A stretch of 64,000 nt of DNA from Microlunatus sp. (GCA_036524985.1 DATDBH010000209.1:10742-74741), one strand, 5' to 3'. Positions 34,284 through 44,531 are shown, numbered from the stretch's first letter. Numbers and translations are program-made. The notes: a model not told the origin generated them from the sequence alone.

Positions 34284-35308
34284 GCGGACGCTCCCGCTGG
34301 CTGGACGTGCACGGCGCTCGCGTCGTCGAACCGCGCGTTGGGATCGCCGCCGGCCAGCAGCGTCTCGATCTCCTCCGAGGTCGGCATGGCGGTGGAGCAC
34401 TCCAGTCGGGACGCGACGATCGCCCCCGCGGCGTTGGCCCGGGCCAGCACCCTCTCCAACGGCCAGCCGGCCAGCAGCCCATGACAGAGCGAGCCTCCGA
34501 AGGAGTCTCCGGCGCCGAGACCGTTCAGCGGCGTGATCATGATCGGCGGCGAGACGACCCGCTCGGTGCGGGTCTTGGCCAGCACGCCCTTGGGACCCTG
34601 CTTGACGATGGCGAGCTCGACGCCGGCGTCCAGCAGCGCGTCAGCGGCCTTCTCCGGGTCGGTCTCCCCGACGGCGACCTCGCACTCCTCGCGGTTCCCG
34701 ACGGCCACGGTCACGTACGGCAGGGCCTTGCGCACCTGCTCGCCGGCAGCCTCGGGGGTGGCCCAGAACATCGGCCGGTAGTCCAGGTCGAGGGCGGTGA
34801 TCGGCGTGCGGTCGCGCGCCTCGAGCACGGCGAAGTGCGCCGCGCGGCTCGGCTCCTCGCTGAGGCCGGTGACCGACAGCCACATCAGCTTCGTCGCGCG
34901 GACGGCGTCGAAGTCGATGTCGTCGGGGCTGACCTGGAGGTCGGGGGCGGTCGGCTTGCGGTAGAACCAGAGCGGGAAGTCGTCCGGCGGGAAGATCTCG
35001 CAGAAGGTCACCGGAGTGGCGTACTCGTGGTTGGTCACCACGTGGCTGTCGTCGACCCCGAGATCGGTGAGGGCCCGGCGCACGAAGCGACCGAACGGGT
35101 CGTTGCCGACGCCGGTGATGATGCCGGCGCGACGGCCCAGCCGTGCGGCGGCGACCGCGACGTTGGCCGTGGTGCCGCCGAGATACTTTCCGAAGGACGT
35201 GACGTCCACCAGTCCCACCCCGATCTGCTGCGGGTAGATGTCCACGCCGCTGCGACCGAAGGTCAGCACCTCCAGTGGGGACGACGGGGACTGGGCGGAA
35301 CTGCTCAT
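34280..35308 (-). CDS. iolC: 5-dehydro-2-deoxygluconokinase
   Basis: GRSGVDIYP, YLGG..ANVAVAAARLG, DLDYRP and GLGAGDSF. Confidence 0.95.
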   Translation of the reverse strand: MSSSAQSPSSPLEVLTFGRSGVDIYPQQIGVGLVDVTSFGKYLGGTTANVAVAAARLGRRAGIITGVGNDPFGRFVRRALTDLGVDDSHVVTNHEYATPVTFCEIFPPDDFPLWFYRKPTAPDLQVSPDDIDFDAVRATKLMWLSVTGLSEEPSRAAHFAVLEARDRTPITALDLDYRPMFWATPEAAGEQVRKALPYVTVAVGNREECEVAVGETDPEKAADALLDAGVELAIVKQGPKGVLAKTRTERVVSPPIMITPLNGLGAGDSFGGSLCHGLLAGWPLERVLARANAAGAIVASRLECSTAMPTSEEIETLLAGGDPNARFDDASAVHVQPAGASA

Positions 35309-35387
35309 CACTCTCCTTCGAGGGGTGCGGGCCGGCGCGCCGACCACTCCGGATGACGGTAGTAGCGGGTCGGGGCGAACGTCAAGA

Positions 35388-35401
35388 TTTGTACAGACAA
35401 A
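35388..35401. promoter_or_regulatory. putative IolR (GntR-type) operator upstream of iolC
   Basis: TTTGTACAGACAAA imperfect palindrome, similar to the site at 35851. Confidence 0.5.
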
Positions 35402-35423
35402 TTGTCATTCTTCTCAGCACGGC

Positions 35424-35813
35424 TCACAGGTCACCCTCGAGGAACTGCGCGCGCCCCAGCCCGAAGGACCAGTCCTCGCGACCGTTGGCCACCACCGAGA
35501 CGATCAGGTCCGTGGGCGCGATGCCGCACTCGACATCGAGCCGCTTGGCCAGCTGCTCGTACGCGGCCTTCTTCTGCTCTGTCGTGCGCCCCTGCTGCAC
35601 GATCTGGATGACCACCACGCCGTCGGTGCGCTCGAAACCGAGCCCGGTGTCCTCGGCGATGATGTGACCCACCGGGTGCTCAGTGATGATCTGGTAGCGG
35701 TCCCCCGGCGGCGCGCCGAAGACGTCGAGCATGACGCCCTGGACGACGTCGGCGATCGTGCGCAGCTCGCCGGGCGTGCGACCCTGCTGTACGTCGATGC
35801 GAACCAGTGGCAT
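35424..35813 (-). CDS. tautomerase-superfamily protein (malonate semialdehyde decarboxylase/IolK-like)
   Basis: Catalytic Pro-1 (MPLVRID), DRYQIITEH and C-terminal DWSFGLGRAQF. Confidence 0.85.
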   Translation of the reverse strand: MPLVRIDVQQGRTPGELRTIADVVQGVMLDVFGAPPGDRYQIITEHPVGHIIAEDTGLGFERTDGVVVIQIVQQGRTTEQKKAAYEQLAKRLDVECGIAPTDLIVSVVANGREDWSFGLGRAQFLEGDL

Positions 35814-35850
35814 GGAGTGACCTCGTCTCGCGGAGAGGACTCCAGGATAC

Positions 35851-35864
35851 TTTGTCAGGACATA
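35851..35864. promoter_or_regulatory. putative IolR operator upstream of the tautomerase gene
   Basis: TTTGTCAGGACATA; the reverse complement TGTCCTGACA fits the corynebacterial IolR-type motif. Confidence 0.55.
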
Positions 35865-35900
35865 ATGTCAATGCGGCGAACCCTTGGGCCCTGGCCTCTT

Positions 35901-35971
35901 GAACATTCCGTCACTCGACGGGTTCCACGGCCCTACGCGGGCCCACTGGCGAACATTCCGTCACACGACGG
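35901..35971 (+). repeat. two direct copies of the 21-nt REP-like unit, 50 bp apart
   Basis: GAACATTCCGTCACTCGACGG (35901-35921) and GAACATTCCGTCACACGACGG (35951-35971). Confidence 0.85.
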
Positions 35972-35998
35972 GTTCTGCGGACGCCCGCGCGGGTCCGA

Positions 35999-36946
35999 TC
36001 AGTGTGCCGTCGGCCGGCCCGGGAAGCAGCGAGTCCACTCCGGTGACAGGCGATGCGTCCTGATGTGCTGACCCCGGCCGACGAGGGCGGTCCGCACGCG
36101 ATCGACCGCGACCGCGGGCTCGTCGTACACGTCCTCGCTCACCAGCACGATGAACAGCCAGCCCTCGCGCTCGAGTTCCTCCCGACGGAGGAGGTCCGAG
36201 CGGCGTTGCGACGTGTTCAGGTGATGGCGGCCATCGTACTCGATGGTGATCCTGGCGCCGACGTAGCTGAGGTCCAGCCGACGACGCCAGTCACCGTTGG
36301 GATAGCGGAGGATGTGGTTGGTGGTCGGCTCGGGCAGCCCGGCCAGCACGATGAGCATCCGCACCCGCGACTCCATGATCGAGTTCACCCCCGTACGGAC
36401 CAGGCGTGCCGCGCGGCGTGCGAGCCGGCACCATCGGCCGGTCCACTGATCGGCCGCCGCGACCAGATCCAGCGGAGACAACGCTCCGGCCGTCACCAGC
36501 GAGTCGCCGGCGACCACCAGATCGACCAGGTTCGGTCGCGTCGACGCCAGTTCCAGGAACGCTCGAGCCGGTGGGCTGACGCTCACTCCGTTGCGCCGCC
36601 GAGGCGTGACGGCCTGGTCTGCCACGTGCGCGACGACACCGCGCCGCTCGGACCGCGTCGACCTGATCGGTGAGCTCAGATGGAGCTCGGAGGTCGGTGG
36701 CGCCCAGCCACCCCACAGCAGCAGGGCCGTGTGGTGGCTCGCGTACGAGCCGGTCGGTGCCACCAGCAGGGCCGCTCGGGCTCGAACCGCGACGGTGATC
36801 TCGACGTCCGCGGCGACGTAGATGCCATGGAAGATGCGCCGGAACCGGTGTCCGGCGAGATCGTCGTCGGCGAGACCCGAGAGGAGTGCCTGCTTCCGGG
36901 TGAACGGCCTCCGGGTGTCCAACGGCTTGGTCAGGTGAATCGTCAT
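35999..36946 (-). CDS. DUF559 / Vsr-like PD-(D/E)xK endonuclease domain protein
   Basis: SHHTALLLWG, NSIMESRVRMLIVLAGLPEP, RLDLSY, IEYDGRHH and LEREGW. Confidence 0.85.
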   Translation of the reverse strand: MTIHLTKPLDTRRPFTRKQALLSGLADDDLAGHRFRRIFHGIYVAADVEITVAVRARAALLVAPTGSYASHHTALLLWGGWAPPTSELHLSSPIRSTRSERRGVVAHVADQAVTPRRRNGVSVSPPARAFLELASTRPNLVDLVVAGDSLVTAGALSPLDLVAAADQWTGRWCRLARRAARLVRTGVNSIMESRVRMLIVLAGLPEPTTNHILRYPNGDWRRRLDLSYVGARITIEYDGRHHLNTSQRRSDLLRREELEREGWLFIVLVSEDVYDEPAVAVDRVRTALVGRGQHIRTHRLSPEWTRCFPGRPTAH

Positions 36947-37110
36947 GCCGTTCAGCGTCGAGTCTCCGAGGCGGCCGTGGGCGGTCGAGGTGTCAGCCGT
37001 TCGCCGAAGGTGTCATCCGATGACCGTCGATGTTGGCCGACACGGTGCAGCTGTTGCCTGGCAGTCGGTCGAAGTGGCCCGGCCTGGGTCGACCGGGCCT
37101 GCAGCAGACG

Positions 37111-37131
37111 CCGTCGACTGACGGAAAGTTC
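37111..37131 (-). repeat. inverted copy of the 21-nt REP-like unit
   Basis: CCGTCGACTGACGGAAAGTTC is the reverse complement of the unit at 19/21 positions. Confidence 0.75.
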
Positions 37132-37183
37132 GGAAACAGCCTTGCCCTGATCAACGACGCGAGAACCCAGGCCGGCGATCCGG

Positions 37184-38188
37184 TCAGCGACGCCCCACGA
37201 GGAACCCGCTCCCCCAGGCCAGGTGGGTGGCCGCGATGACGGCCGGCAGCCAGCGTCGAGCCTTGGCGGGCAGGGTCTGCGGCGCCGTCGAGGTCGCGTA
37301 CGCCACGAAGGCCCCGTAGACCGCGGGGGCCAGGACCCCGAGCTGGAGGAAGCGTGAGCCGGTGGCGCGACCCACGAGCGCGCCGAGCGTGCCCACCCCG
37401 ATGGCCACGACGGCCGCGGGCGGAGCCAGATAGCGCACGCTCGCCGTGTCCGGGTGCCGGCGGACGACTTCACGGCGCCACTTCCCCGTGTCGTACATCT
37501 GCTTGATCAGAGCCTTGAGCGTCGACCGCGGTCGGTAGGTGACCCGCAGCTCGGGGGAGAACCAGACCAGCCGCCCGGACTGGCGGAGCCGATAGTTCAG
37601 CTCCCAGTCCTGAGCGCGGAACATCGTCTCGTCGAAGCCCCCGACGGCCTTCAGCTCGGCCTTGTCGAACACCCCGAGGAACACGGTGTCCGCAGGACCG
37701 GCCGGCACGTCGCCCTGGTGGAAGGCAGCCCCGCCCAGGCCGTATCGGCTGGTGTAGACGAAGGCGACCGCCTGCTCGAACGGCGTCCGGCCGCGAGCCT
37801 CCATCACCCCGCCGACGTTGGCCGCGCCCGTCTCGGCCAGCAGCTCGACCGCCCGGGCGATATAGCGCTCGCCCAGCTCACCGTGCCCGTCGACCCGGAC
37901 CAGGATGTCGTAGCGTGCGGCCGCGATCGCGAGGTTGAGAGCATGCGGCGTGCGACCGGCAGGGTTGTCCACCACCGTCAGCCGCGGGTCGGCAGCCGCC
38001 AGGTTCTCCGCGATCTCGTGCGTCCGATCGGTGCAGGGACCGATGGCCATGATCAGCTCGAGGTCGCCCGGGTAGTCCTGCTCGAGCACCCCCGCGACGG
38101 CGGCCCGCAGATGCTGCTCCTCGTTGAGGATCGGCATCAAGACGCTCACCCCCGGCCAGGCTCGTCCCTGCTTGCGATCAGACGACAT
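37184..38188 (-). CDS. family 2 glycosyltransferase
   Basis: VSVLMPILNEE, VRVDGH, DTVFLGVF and GGFDE...AQDWELNYR. Confidence 0.9.
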   Translation of the reverse strand: MSSDRKQGRAWPGVSVLMPILNEEQHLRAAVAGVLEQDYPGDLELIMAIGPCTDRTHEIAENLAAADPRLTVVDNPAGRTPHALNLAIAAARYDILVRVDGHGELGERYIARAVELLAETGAANVGGVMEARGRTPFEQAVAFVYTSRYGLGGAAFHQGDVPAGPADTVFLGVFDKAELKAVGGFDETMFRAQDWELNYRLRQSGRLVWFSPELRVTYRPRSTLKALIKQMYDTGKWRREVVRRHPDTASVRYLAPPAAVVAIGVGTLGALVGRATGSRFLQLGVLAPAVYGAFVAYATSTAPQTLPAKARRWLPAVIAATHLAWGSGFLVGRR

Positions 38189-38224
38189 GGGCTCATTGTG
38201 GCGGTTGGTCACCGGGAACAGCAC

Positions 38225-39757
38225 TCAGCTCGCGGCGCAGACCGACCCGAGGTCCTCGGACTGCTGGCCCGGCTTCAGGGTGGGCGCCGCCTTCTTGGCC
38301 TTCTTGGTGCTCGAGGCGCTCGGTGACGGCGATGAGGTCGGCCCCGGATCGCCCGCGGTCACCGTGGTCGGCTGCTCGGTCGCGCTGGGCGCTGGGCTTG
38401 GGTCGTCCTTGGCTTCGGCCTTGGCGATCTTGGTCGCCACCATCGTGTGCATCTTCGCGAAGTCCGGGCTGCCCGGGTAGATCACCGGCGGCACGAACGC
38501 CACACTGGAGATCGGCTTCTCCTTGGCTTTGAGGGCGAGCTCCATCAGCGTGTCGATCTTGCGCGGCGGGATGTCGGTCTCGACGATCTCCTTGCCGGCC
38601 GAAGCGATCTGGTTGAAGTTCGTCAGCACCGTCACCGGGTCGAGCTGCTTGAGCATCGCGGTCATCACACACTTCTGCCGCGCCATCCGGTCATAGTCGG
38701 AGGAGTCCGACCGCGAGCGCGCGAACCACAGCGCCGAGCGGCCGTCGAGGAGCTGGTTCTTGCCCTTCTCGACGTAGCCGTACAGCTTGGCGTGGCCGCC
38801 GCCGATCGGGATCTTCCGGTTGACGTCGATCCGGATGCCTCCCACGGCGTCGACCAGCGCCTCGAAGCCCTTCATGTCGACCATGGCGTAGTAGTTGATC
38901 TTGAGGCCGATGGCGCCCTCGACCGCTTCCTTGGTGGCCTGGACGCCGGGGTCCTTGACGCTGTCGGGATAGATGCCCGGGTGCGTGCTGGCGTAGGTGT
39001 AGACGGCGTTGAGCATGCAGGAGTGGTCCTTGCAGCCGTACCCCTTCGGGAACTTCTTGTGCATCGGGGAGCTCTCCGGGAAGGGCACGTCCTCCATGTT
39101 GCGCGGCAGGCTGATCAGCACCGTGCGGCCGGTCTCGGCATCGATGCTGGCCACCGTGAGGCTGTCGGGCCGAAGCCCCGCGCGGCCCTTGCCGGCGTCG
39201 CCACCGAGCAGCAGGATGTTGTAGCGACCCGCCTGCGCCTTGGTCTCGCCGCCACCGGCGAACACGGAGGTCATCAGGCTGCGCTGGGACGACACGATCG
39301 ACGCCGAGGCCGCCAGCCCACCGACCACCGCCAGTACGAGGACACCGCTCACCGCCGCGAAACCGAGCCGGTGCCGCTGAGCCAGCTCGGGCGGGCGGGC
39401 CAGCCGCCACGCGTCGATGAAGAGCAGACCCCAGCCGAGGCCGAGGACCACGAGCAGGACCTGCAGGATCACCAGCAGGGTCGCGTTGGTGAGCAGCCCG
39501 ACGACGGCCGAGCGCCAGAAGAGGGCACCGACACCGAGGAGCAGCAGGAGCGCCCACAGGGTGATCCAGGTCCGGACGGCGACTCGACCGACGGTCTTGT
39601 TGCCCGCGGCGAGCTGGGCCGACCCCGGGAGCACCACGGTCATGCCGAGGTAGCTCAGCGCGCGCCGCAGCTTGACCCGCTCGCTGCGCTGCTGAGGCGT
39701 CCGCAACGACGGCGGCAGGAGATGAGACGTCGGCTCGTCCACTCCGGAGTCGGACAC
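38225..39757 (-). CDS. LCP family cell-wall glycopolymer transferase
   Basis: NILLLGGD, RPDSL, ISLPRN, ARSR...SDYDRMARQ. Confidence 0.92.
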   Translation of the reverse strand: MSDSGVDEPTSHLLPPSLRTPQQRSERVKLRRALSYLGMTVVLPGSAQLAAGNKTVGRVAVRTWITLWALLLLLGVGALFWRSAVVGLLTNATLLVILQVLLVVLGLGWGLLFIDAWRLARPPELAQRHRLGFAAVSGVLVLAVVGGLAASASIVSSQRSLMTSVFAGGGETKAQAGRYNILLLGGDAGKGRAGLRPDSLTVASIDAETGRTVLISLPRNMEDVPFPESSPMHKKFPKGYGCKDHSCMLNAVYTYASTHPGIYPDSVKDPGVQATKEAVEGAIGLKINYYAMVDMKGFEALVDAVGGIRIDVNRKIPIGGGHAKLYGYVEKGKNQLLDGRSALWFARSRSDSSDYDRMARQKCVMTAMLKQLDPVTVLTNFNQIASAGKEIVETDIPPRKIDTLMELALKAKEKPISSVAFVPPVIYPGSPDFAKMHTMVATKIAKAEAKDDPSPAPSATEQPTTVTAGDPGPTSSPSPSASSTKKAKKAAPTLKPGQQSEDLGSVCAAS

Positions 39758-39885
39758 GTCACGCCTTTCGTCGGTCGGGGATGGGCATGCTGTGAAGAAC
39801 TTCCGCCAGTATGGGCGCCGCAGGTCGGCCCTCCCGGCGCGCCACGCCGGGCCAGGAGGGAACGACCACGGGTACCCTCGAAGGC

Positions 39886-41103
39886 ATGCCACCGAGCCCC
39901 GACGACGACCTGGACTGGTTGTACGGTCGCGGCGATCGTCGGCCGTCGGAGCCCGAACCGACCCAGGTGCTGCCTCCCGGGGCGTTCCCCAGCGGGCCCC
40001 CGACACCCCCTGGTGGCCGGCCCCCGGCGCAGCAGCCGGTACGCCCGCAGCCGGCCCCACCACCCCAGGGCCCGCCCGGTGCGCCGCCCCGCGGACCTCA
40101 GGGTCCGCCTCCCGGCGCCGGACCGCCGAAGCCGGCCAAGCGCAAGCGTCCGGTTCGCCGGGTCTTCACCGTCGTCGCCGCCGTGCTCGCCGCCCTGCTG
40201 GTCTGGCTGATCGCCGTGCCCGTGTACGCCTGGAGCCGGATCGACCGGGTCGACGACGTGCCCAGCGGTGACCGCCCGGGCAATCAGCCCGGCACCACCT
40301 TCCTGCTGGTCGGATCGGACTCCCGCGAGGGCCTCACCAAGGCCGAGAAGAAGAAGCTGGGCACCGGCAGCACGGCCGGTCAGCGGACGGACACGATCAT
40401 GATCTTGTCCATCCCGCCCGGCGGGAAGCCCGCGCTGATCTCGATCCCCCGCGACTCCTACGTGCCCATCCCCGGGAACGGCCACAACAAGATCAACGCG
40501 GCGTACGCCTTCGGCGGACCCGAGCTGCTGGTGCAGACCGTCGAGCAGAACACCGGGCTCCGGATCGACGCCTACACCGAGATCGGCTTCGGTGGCTTCG
40601 TCAACGTGATCGACGCCCTGGGCGGGATCGAGATGTGTCTGCCCAAGGCGATCAAGGACAAGGACTCCCACCTCAACCTCAAGAAGGGGTGTCAGACGCT
40701 GTCCGGCACCAACGCGCTGGGCTACGTGCGGATGCGCAAGGCCGATCCGCTGGGCGATCTCGGCCGGGTGCAGCGCCAGCGGCAGATGCTGGCCGCGATC
40801 GCCAAGGAGTCGGCCTCCCCGATGACCGTCATCAACCCTCTGCGCTACTGGAATCTCACCACCGCGACCGCCGATGCCGTCACGATCGGTGAGGACACCA
40901 CGTTCGTCGAGATGGCGAGGATGGCCAACGCGATGCGCAAGGTGTCCGGCGGCCAGGGCTTCACGCTGACCGTCCCGGTGTCGAACACGGATGCGTACAC
41001 CCCGGTCGGCTCGGCGGTGCTGTGGGACGACGGGCAGGCGAAGGCGATGTTCGCCGCTGTCGCCCGCGGGGACACCGGTGACCTGAAGAAGTATGCGAAG
41101 TGA
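39886..41103 (+). CDS. LCP family protein with Pro-rich N-terminus
   Basis: LLVGSDSR, RTDTIM, SIPRDS, KINAAY and DLGRVQRQ. Confidence 0.92.
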   Translation: MPPSPDDDLDWLYGRGDRRPSEPEPTQVLPPGAFPSGPPTPPGGRPPAQQPVRPQPAPPPQGPPGAPPRGPQGPPPGAGPPKPAKRKRPVRRVFTVVAAVLAALLVWLIAVPVYAWSRIDRVDDVPSGDRPGNQPGTTFLLVGSDSREGLTKAEKKKLGTGSTAGQRTDTIMILSIPPGGKPALISIPRDSYVPIPGNGHNKINAAYAFGGPELLVQTVEQNTGLRIDAYTEIGFGGFVNVIDALGGIEMCLPKAIKDKDSHLNLKKGCQTLSGTNALGYVRMRKADPLGDLGRVQRQRQMLAAIAKESASPMTVINPLRYWNLTTATADAVTIGEDTTFVEMARMANAMRKVSGGQGFTLTVPVSNTDAYTPVGSAVLWDDGQAKAMFAAVARGDTGDLKKYAK

Positions 41104-41125
41104 CGGGCGCCCGGATCACGGGTGA

Positions 41126-41878
41126 CTAGTCCAGCACGTGCCGCAGATACTGCATCGGTGCGCCCAGGAAGCGGCGGTAGTGATCGACGACCGCCAGGTC
41201 ATCCCAGACAGTCGGGGTGAGCCCGTTCTCGTCGAGCTGCAGCAGCGTCGCGCCCGGGATGGCGGCCAGCACCGGGGAGTGGGTCGCCACCAGCACCTGG
41301 GCACGCGGGTCGGCGGCCAGCTCGGCCAGCAGACCGACCAGCACCAGCAGGCTCTCGAAGGACAGACCCGCCTCGGGTTCGTCCAGCACGAAGAACCCCT
41401 CATCGGCGAACCGCCGGCTCATCAGCATGGCGAGGAAGGACTCGCCGTGGCTGAGCTCGTGGAAGGTCGGGTCCTCTCGGCCGGGGTTGTCCTCCAGGTA
41501 GCTGAACAGTCCGTGCATGGTCTCGGCCCGAAGGAAGTAGCCCCAGCGCGCTGCTGCCGCCCCGCGCGTCAGCAGCAGGTGGTCGGCGAGCGAGGACTCC
41601 GAGGGGCGGGTCGAGTGCCGTGCGCCCGTCGACCCACCCTCGGGCGACAGTCCGTACGCCATCGCCACCGCCTCCGCGATGGTGGACTTCCCCGCCCCGT
41701 TCTCCCCGACCAGGATGGTGAGTCCGCCGAGGTCGAGTCCGTCGTCGAGCAGCTGCCGCACCGGCGGGAGCGTCGCCGGCCAGCGGTCGCGCCGCAGCGG
41801 GTGGGAGGGGTGCTCGGCGATACGGCGCACCGGGTGCTGGTTGAGCCAGCCGTCCGGCGGCGACTTCCGGGGTTCCAT
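41126..41878 (-). CDS. AAA family ATPase
   Basis: Walker A GENGAGKST, YFLRAE, SHGESF, LDEPE and ATHSP. Confidence 0.88.
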   Translation of the reverse strand: MEPRKSPPDGWLNQHPVRRIAEHPSHPLRRDRWPATLPPVRQLLDDGLDLGGLTILVGENGAGKSTIAEAVAMAYGLSPEGGSTGARHSTRPSESSLADHLLLTRGAAAARWGYFLRAETMHGLFSYLEDNPGREDPTFHELSHGESFLAMLMSRRFADEGFFVLDEPEAGLSFESLLVLVGLLAELAADPRAQVLVATHSPVLAAIPGATLLQLDENGLTPTVWDDLAVVDHYRRFLGAPMQYLRHVLD

Positions 41879-41965
41879 CGATGAAATGCTAGGTCCGGCC
41901 GCCGACAGGGCGACTAGCGTGGGGACTCCTCTTCCAGCCACCACCCCTCCTCGGGAGTCACCACC

Positions 41966-43165
41966 ATGCCCTTCTCGGTCGCCATGATCGGATCCGGTCA
42001 GTTCTCCGGATCCTTCGCCCACCTCTTCGATCTCCATCCGGGGGTGTCGAAGGTGTACGCCGTCGACACGCTCGCCGAACGGGCGGACGACCTGGTGAGC
42101 CGGTACGGCCTGGCGGGCACGTTCGCGTCCTTCGAGGAGGCGATCGCCTCGCCCGAGGTCGATGCGGTCGCGATCCTGACGCAGCGCTGGACCCATGGAC
42201 CGCTCGTCGTACGGGCGCTGCGAGCCGGCAAGCACGTCTACTCCGCCGTGCCGATGGCGGTCAGCGCCGAGGAGATCGCCGCGATCATCGAGGCCGTCCG
42301 CGAGACGGGGCTCACCTACATGATGGGCGAGACCAGTCACTACAACCCGGCCGTCGTCTACGCCCGCGACATGATCGCCAACTCCGAGTTCGGCAAGATC
42401 TTCTACGCCGAGGGCGACTACCTGCACGACATGGACCTCGGGTTCTACGACGCGTACAAGTACTCCGGCGGCGACAACTGGAAGGCCACCGCGTCCTACC
42501 CCCCGATGCTCTATCCCACCCACTCCATCGGTGGCATCCTCGGCGCCTGGGGCACCCACGCCATCAGCGTGTCGGCGATCGGGGTGGTCGACGAGCGCGG
42601 CGACGGGGTCTTCGACCGCGAGGTCTCCCAGTTCGACAACGACTTCTCCAACATGACCGGCCTGTTCGAGGTCGCCGGCGGCGGCAGCTTCCGGGTGAGC
42701 GAGTTCCGCCGAGTAGGCTTCCCGTCTCACATCCGCGAGTCACGGTTCCGCTGGTTCGGCACCGAGGCCACCTTCGAGGAGATGACCACCACCGCGTACC
42801 GGCAGGACAAGACCGGCGTGGTCGACGTGTCCGAGCAGATCGAGCCCCGCAAGGCCACCGAAGAGGAGCTGGCCCAGCTGACCGACATCTCCCCCACCCT
42901 GCGGGACGCCTTCTTGTCGGGACTGGCCCCGGTGCACGACGCCAGCCGGCTCCCGAAGGAGTTCACCGGCGCGCCGAACGGGCACGAGGGCAGCCATCAC
43001 TTCCTGGCCGACGACTTCGTCACCGCGGTCAACAGCGGCACCCTGCCGCCGGTCAACGCGTGGCAGGCCTCCCGCTACACGCTGCCGGGCATCTACGCCC
43101 TGGAGTCGGCCCGCCGCGGTGGCGAGCGGCTCACCATCGACGACTTCGGCGACGCCCCCGCCTGA
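41966..43165 (+). CDS. Gfo/Idh/MocA family oxidoreductase
   Basis: Rossmann IGSGQF, GKHVYSAVP and NGHEGSH. Confidence 0.88.
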   Translation: MPFSVAMIGSGQFSGSFAHLFDLHPGVSKVYAVDTLAERADDLVSRYGLAGTFASFEEAIASPEVDAVAILTQRWTHGPLVVRALRAGKHVYSAVPMAVSAEEIAAIIEAVRETGLTYMMGETSHYNPAVVYARDMIANSEFGKIFYAEGDYLHDMDLGFYDAYKYSGGDNWKATASYPPMLYPTHSIGGILGAWGTHAISVSAIGVVDERGDGVFDREVSQFDNDFSNMTGLFEVAGGGSFRVSEFRRVGFPSHIRESRFRWFGTEATFEEMTTTAYRQDKTGVVDVSEQIEPRKATEEELAQLTDISPTLRDAFLSGLAPVHDASRLPKEFTGAPNGHEGSHHFLADDFVTAVNSGTLPPVNAWQASRYTLPGIYALESARRGGERLTIDDFGDAPA

Positions 43166-43231
43166 CCTCGCGAAGGAGGTGCTGGCTGATCTCCACCCTC
43201 GGAGACCAGAGCATCCCGAGCGGGCCTCGGC

Positions 43232-44401
43232 TCAGGCCTGCGGCAGTCCGGTCAGCAGCTGACGTGCCATCACGATCCGCTGCACCTGGTTGGTGCCCTC
43301 GTAGATCTGGGTGATCTTGGCGTCGCGCATCATCCGCTCGACCGGGTAGTCCCGGGTGTAGCCGTAGCCGCCGAGCAGCTGGACGGCGTCGGTGGTGATC
43401 TCCATCGCGACGTCGGAGGCGAAGCACTTGGCCGCGGCACCGAAGTAGGTGAGATCGGCGTCGCCGCGCTCCGACTTGGCTGCCGCCGCGTAGGTGAGCT
43501 GGCGGGCCGCCTCGAGCTTCATGCCCATGTCGGCGAGCATGAACTGCAGGCCCTGGAACTCCGCGATCGCCTTGCCGAACTGCTGGCGCTCCTTGACGTA
43601 GCCCAGTGCGTAGTCGAGTGCTCCCTGGGCGATGCCCACGGCCTGGGCGGCGATGGTGACCCGGGTGTGGTCCAGGGTCTTCATGGCGGTGGCGAAGCCG
43701 GTGCCCTCACCGCCGATCAGCCGGTCGCCGGGGATCGAGACGTTGTCGAGGTAGACCTCCCGGGTCGGTGATCCCTTGATCCCCAGCTTCTTCTCCGGTG
43801 CGCCGAAGGACACACCCTCGTCGGTCTTCTCGACCACGAAGGCGCTGATGCCCTTGGTGCGCCGGTCGGGATCGGTGACAGCGAACACGGTGTAGAGGTC
43901 GGAGACGCCGGCGTTGGTGATCCAGCGCTTGGTCCCGTTCAGCACCCAGCCGTCACCGTCGCGTACCGCTCGGGTCGTCATCCCGGCGGCGTCCGAGCCT
44001 GCCTCGGGCTCCGACAGGCAGTAGGAGGCCATCGCGTCGCCGGTGGCCAGGGACGGGAAGTACCGCTGTTTGAGCGCGTCGGAGCCCGCCAGCAGCCACG
44101 GCAGTGAAGCGAGCTTGTTGACCGCGGGAATCAGCGACGACGACGCGCAGGCGCGGGCGATCTCCTCGATCACGATCGCCACGGCCAGAGCGTCGCCGCC
44201 GACGCCTCCATAGGTCTCGGGCACGTGCGGGGCGTGGAAGTCCGCCGCCCGCAGCGCCTCGTACGAGGCCTTGGGGAACTCGCCCAGCTCATCGGCCTCG
44301 GCCGCGTGCGGGGCCACCTTCTCGTCGCACACCTCACGAACCGCGGCCCGGAACGCCTGGTGCTCCTCGGTGGGGGTGTAGATCTCGTCGAACGCGCTCA
44401 C
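43232..44401 (-). CDS. acyl-CoA dehydrogenase (FadE25-like)
   Basis: [29 protein letters not shown] and [14 protein letters not shown]. Confidence 0.93.
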   Translation of the reverse strand: MSAFDEIYTPTEEHQAFRAAVREVCDEKVAPHAAEADELGEFPKASYEALRAADFHAPHVPETYGGVGGDALAVAIVIEEIARACASSSLIPAVNKLASLPWLLAGSDALKQRYFPSLATGDAMASYCLSEPEAGSDAAGMTTRAVRDGDGWVLNGTKRWITNAGVSDLYTVFAVTDPDRRTKGISAFVVEKTDEGVSFGAPEKKLGIKGSPTREVYLDNVSIPGDRLIGGEGTGFATAMKTLDHTRVTIAAQAVGIAQGALDYALGYVKERQQFGKAIAEFQGLQFMLADMGMKLEAARQLTYAAAAKSERGDADLTYFGAAAKCFASDVAMEITTDAVQLLGGYGYTRDYPVERMMRDAKITQIYEGTNQVQRIVMARQLLTGLPQA

Positions 44402-44459
44402 GGGCCCACGATAGACCCGAACCCTACTGGTGAGTAACAAGCTCACCCACCCCTCCCCC

Positions 44460-44531
44460 ACTTCGCTCGGGTTTGAACCCCAGCGAAGTCAGTCATCCCC
44501 GACTTCGCTGGGGTTCGAACCCGAGCGGAGT
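44460..44531. repeat. nested inverted repeat (31-nt arms, each itself a hairpin)
   Basis: 44460-44490 and 44501-44531 are inverted with 2 mismatches around a 10-nt spacer. Confidence 0.8.

Noticed and set aside
35901-35971. Direct repeats with a 29-nt spacer as a mini CRISPR array
   Set aside because: Only two units, no cas genes, and the same unit occurs inverted elsewhere, which fits a REP-like repeat.
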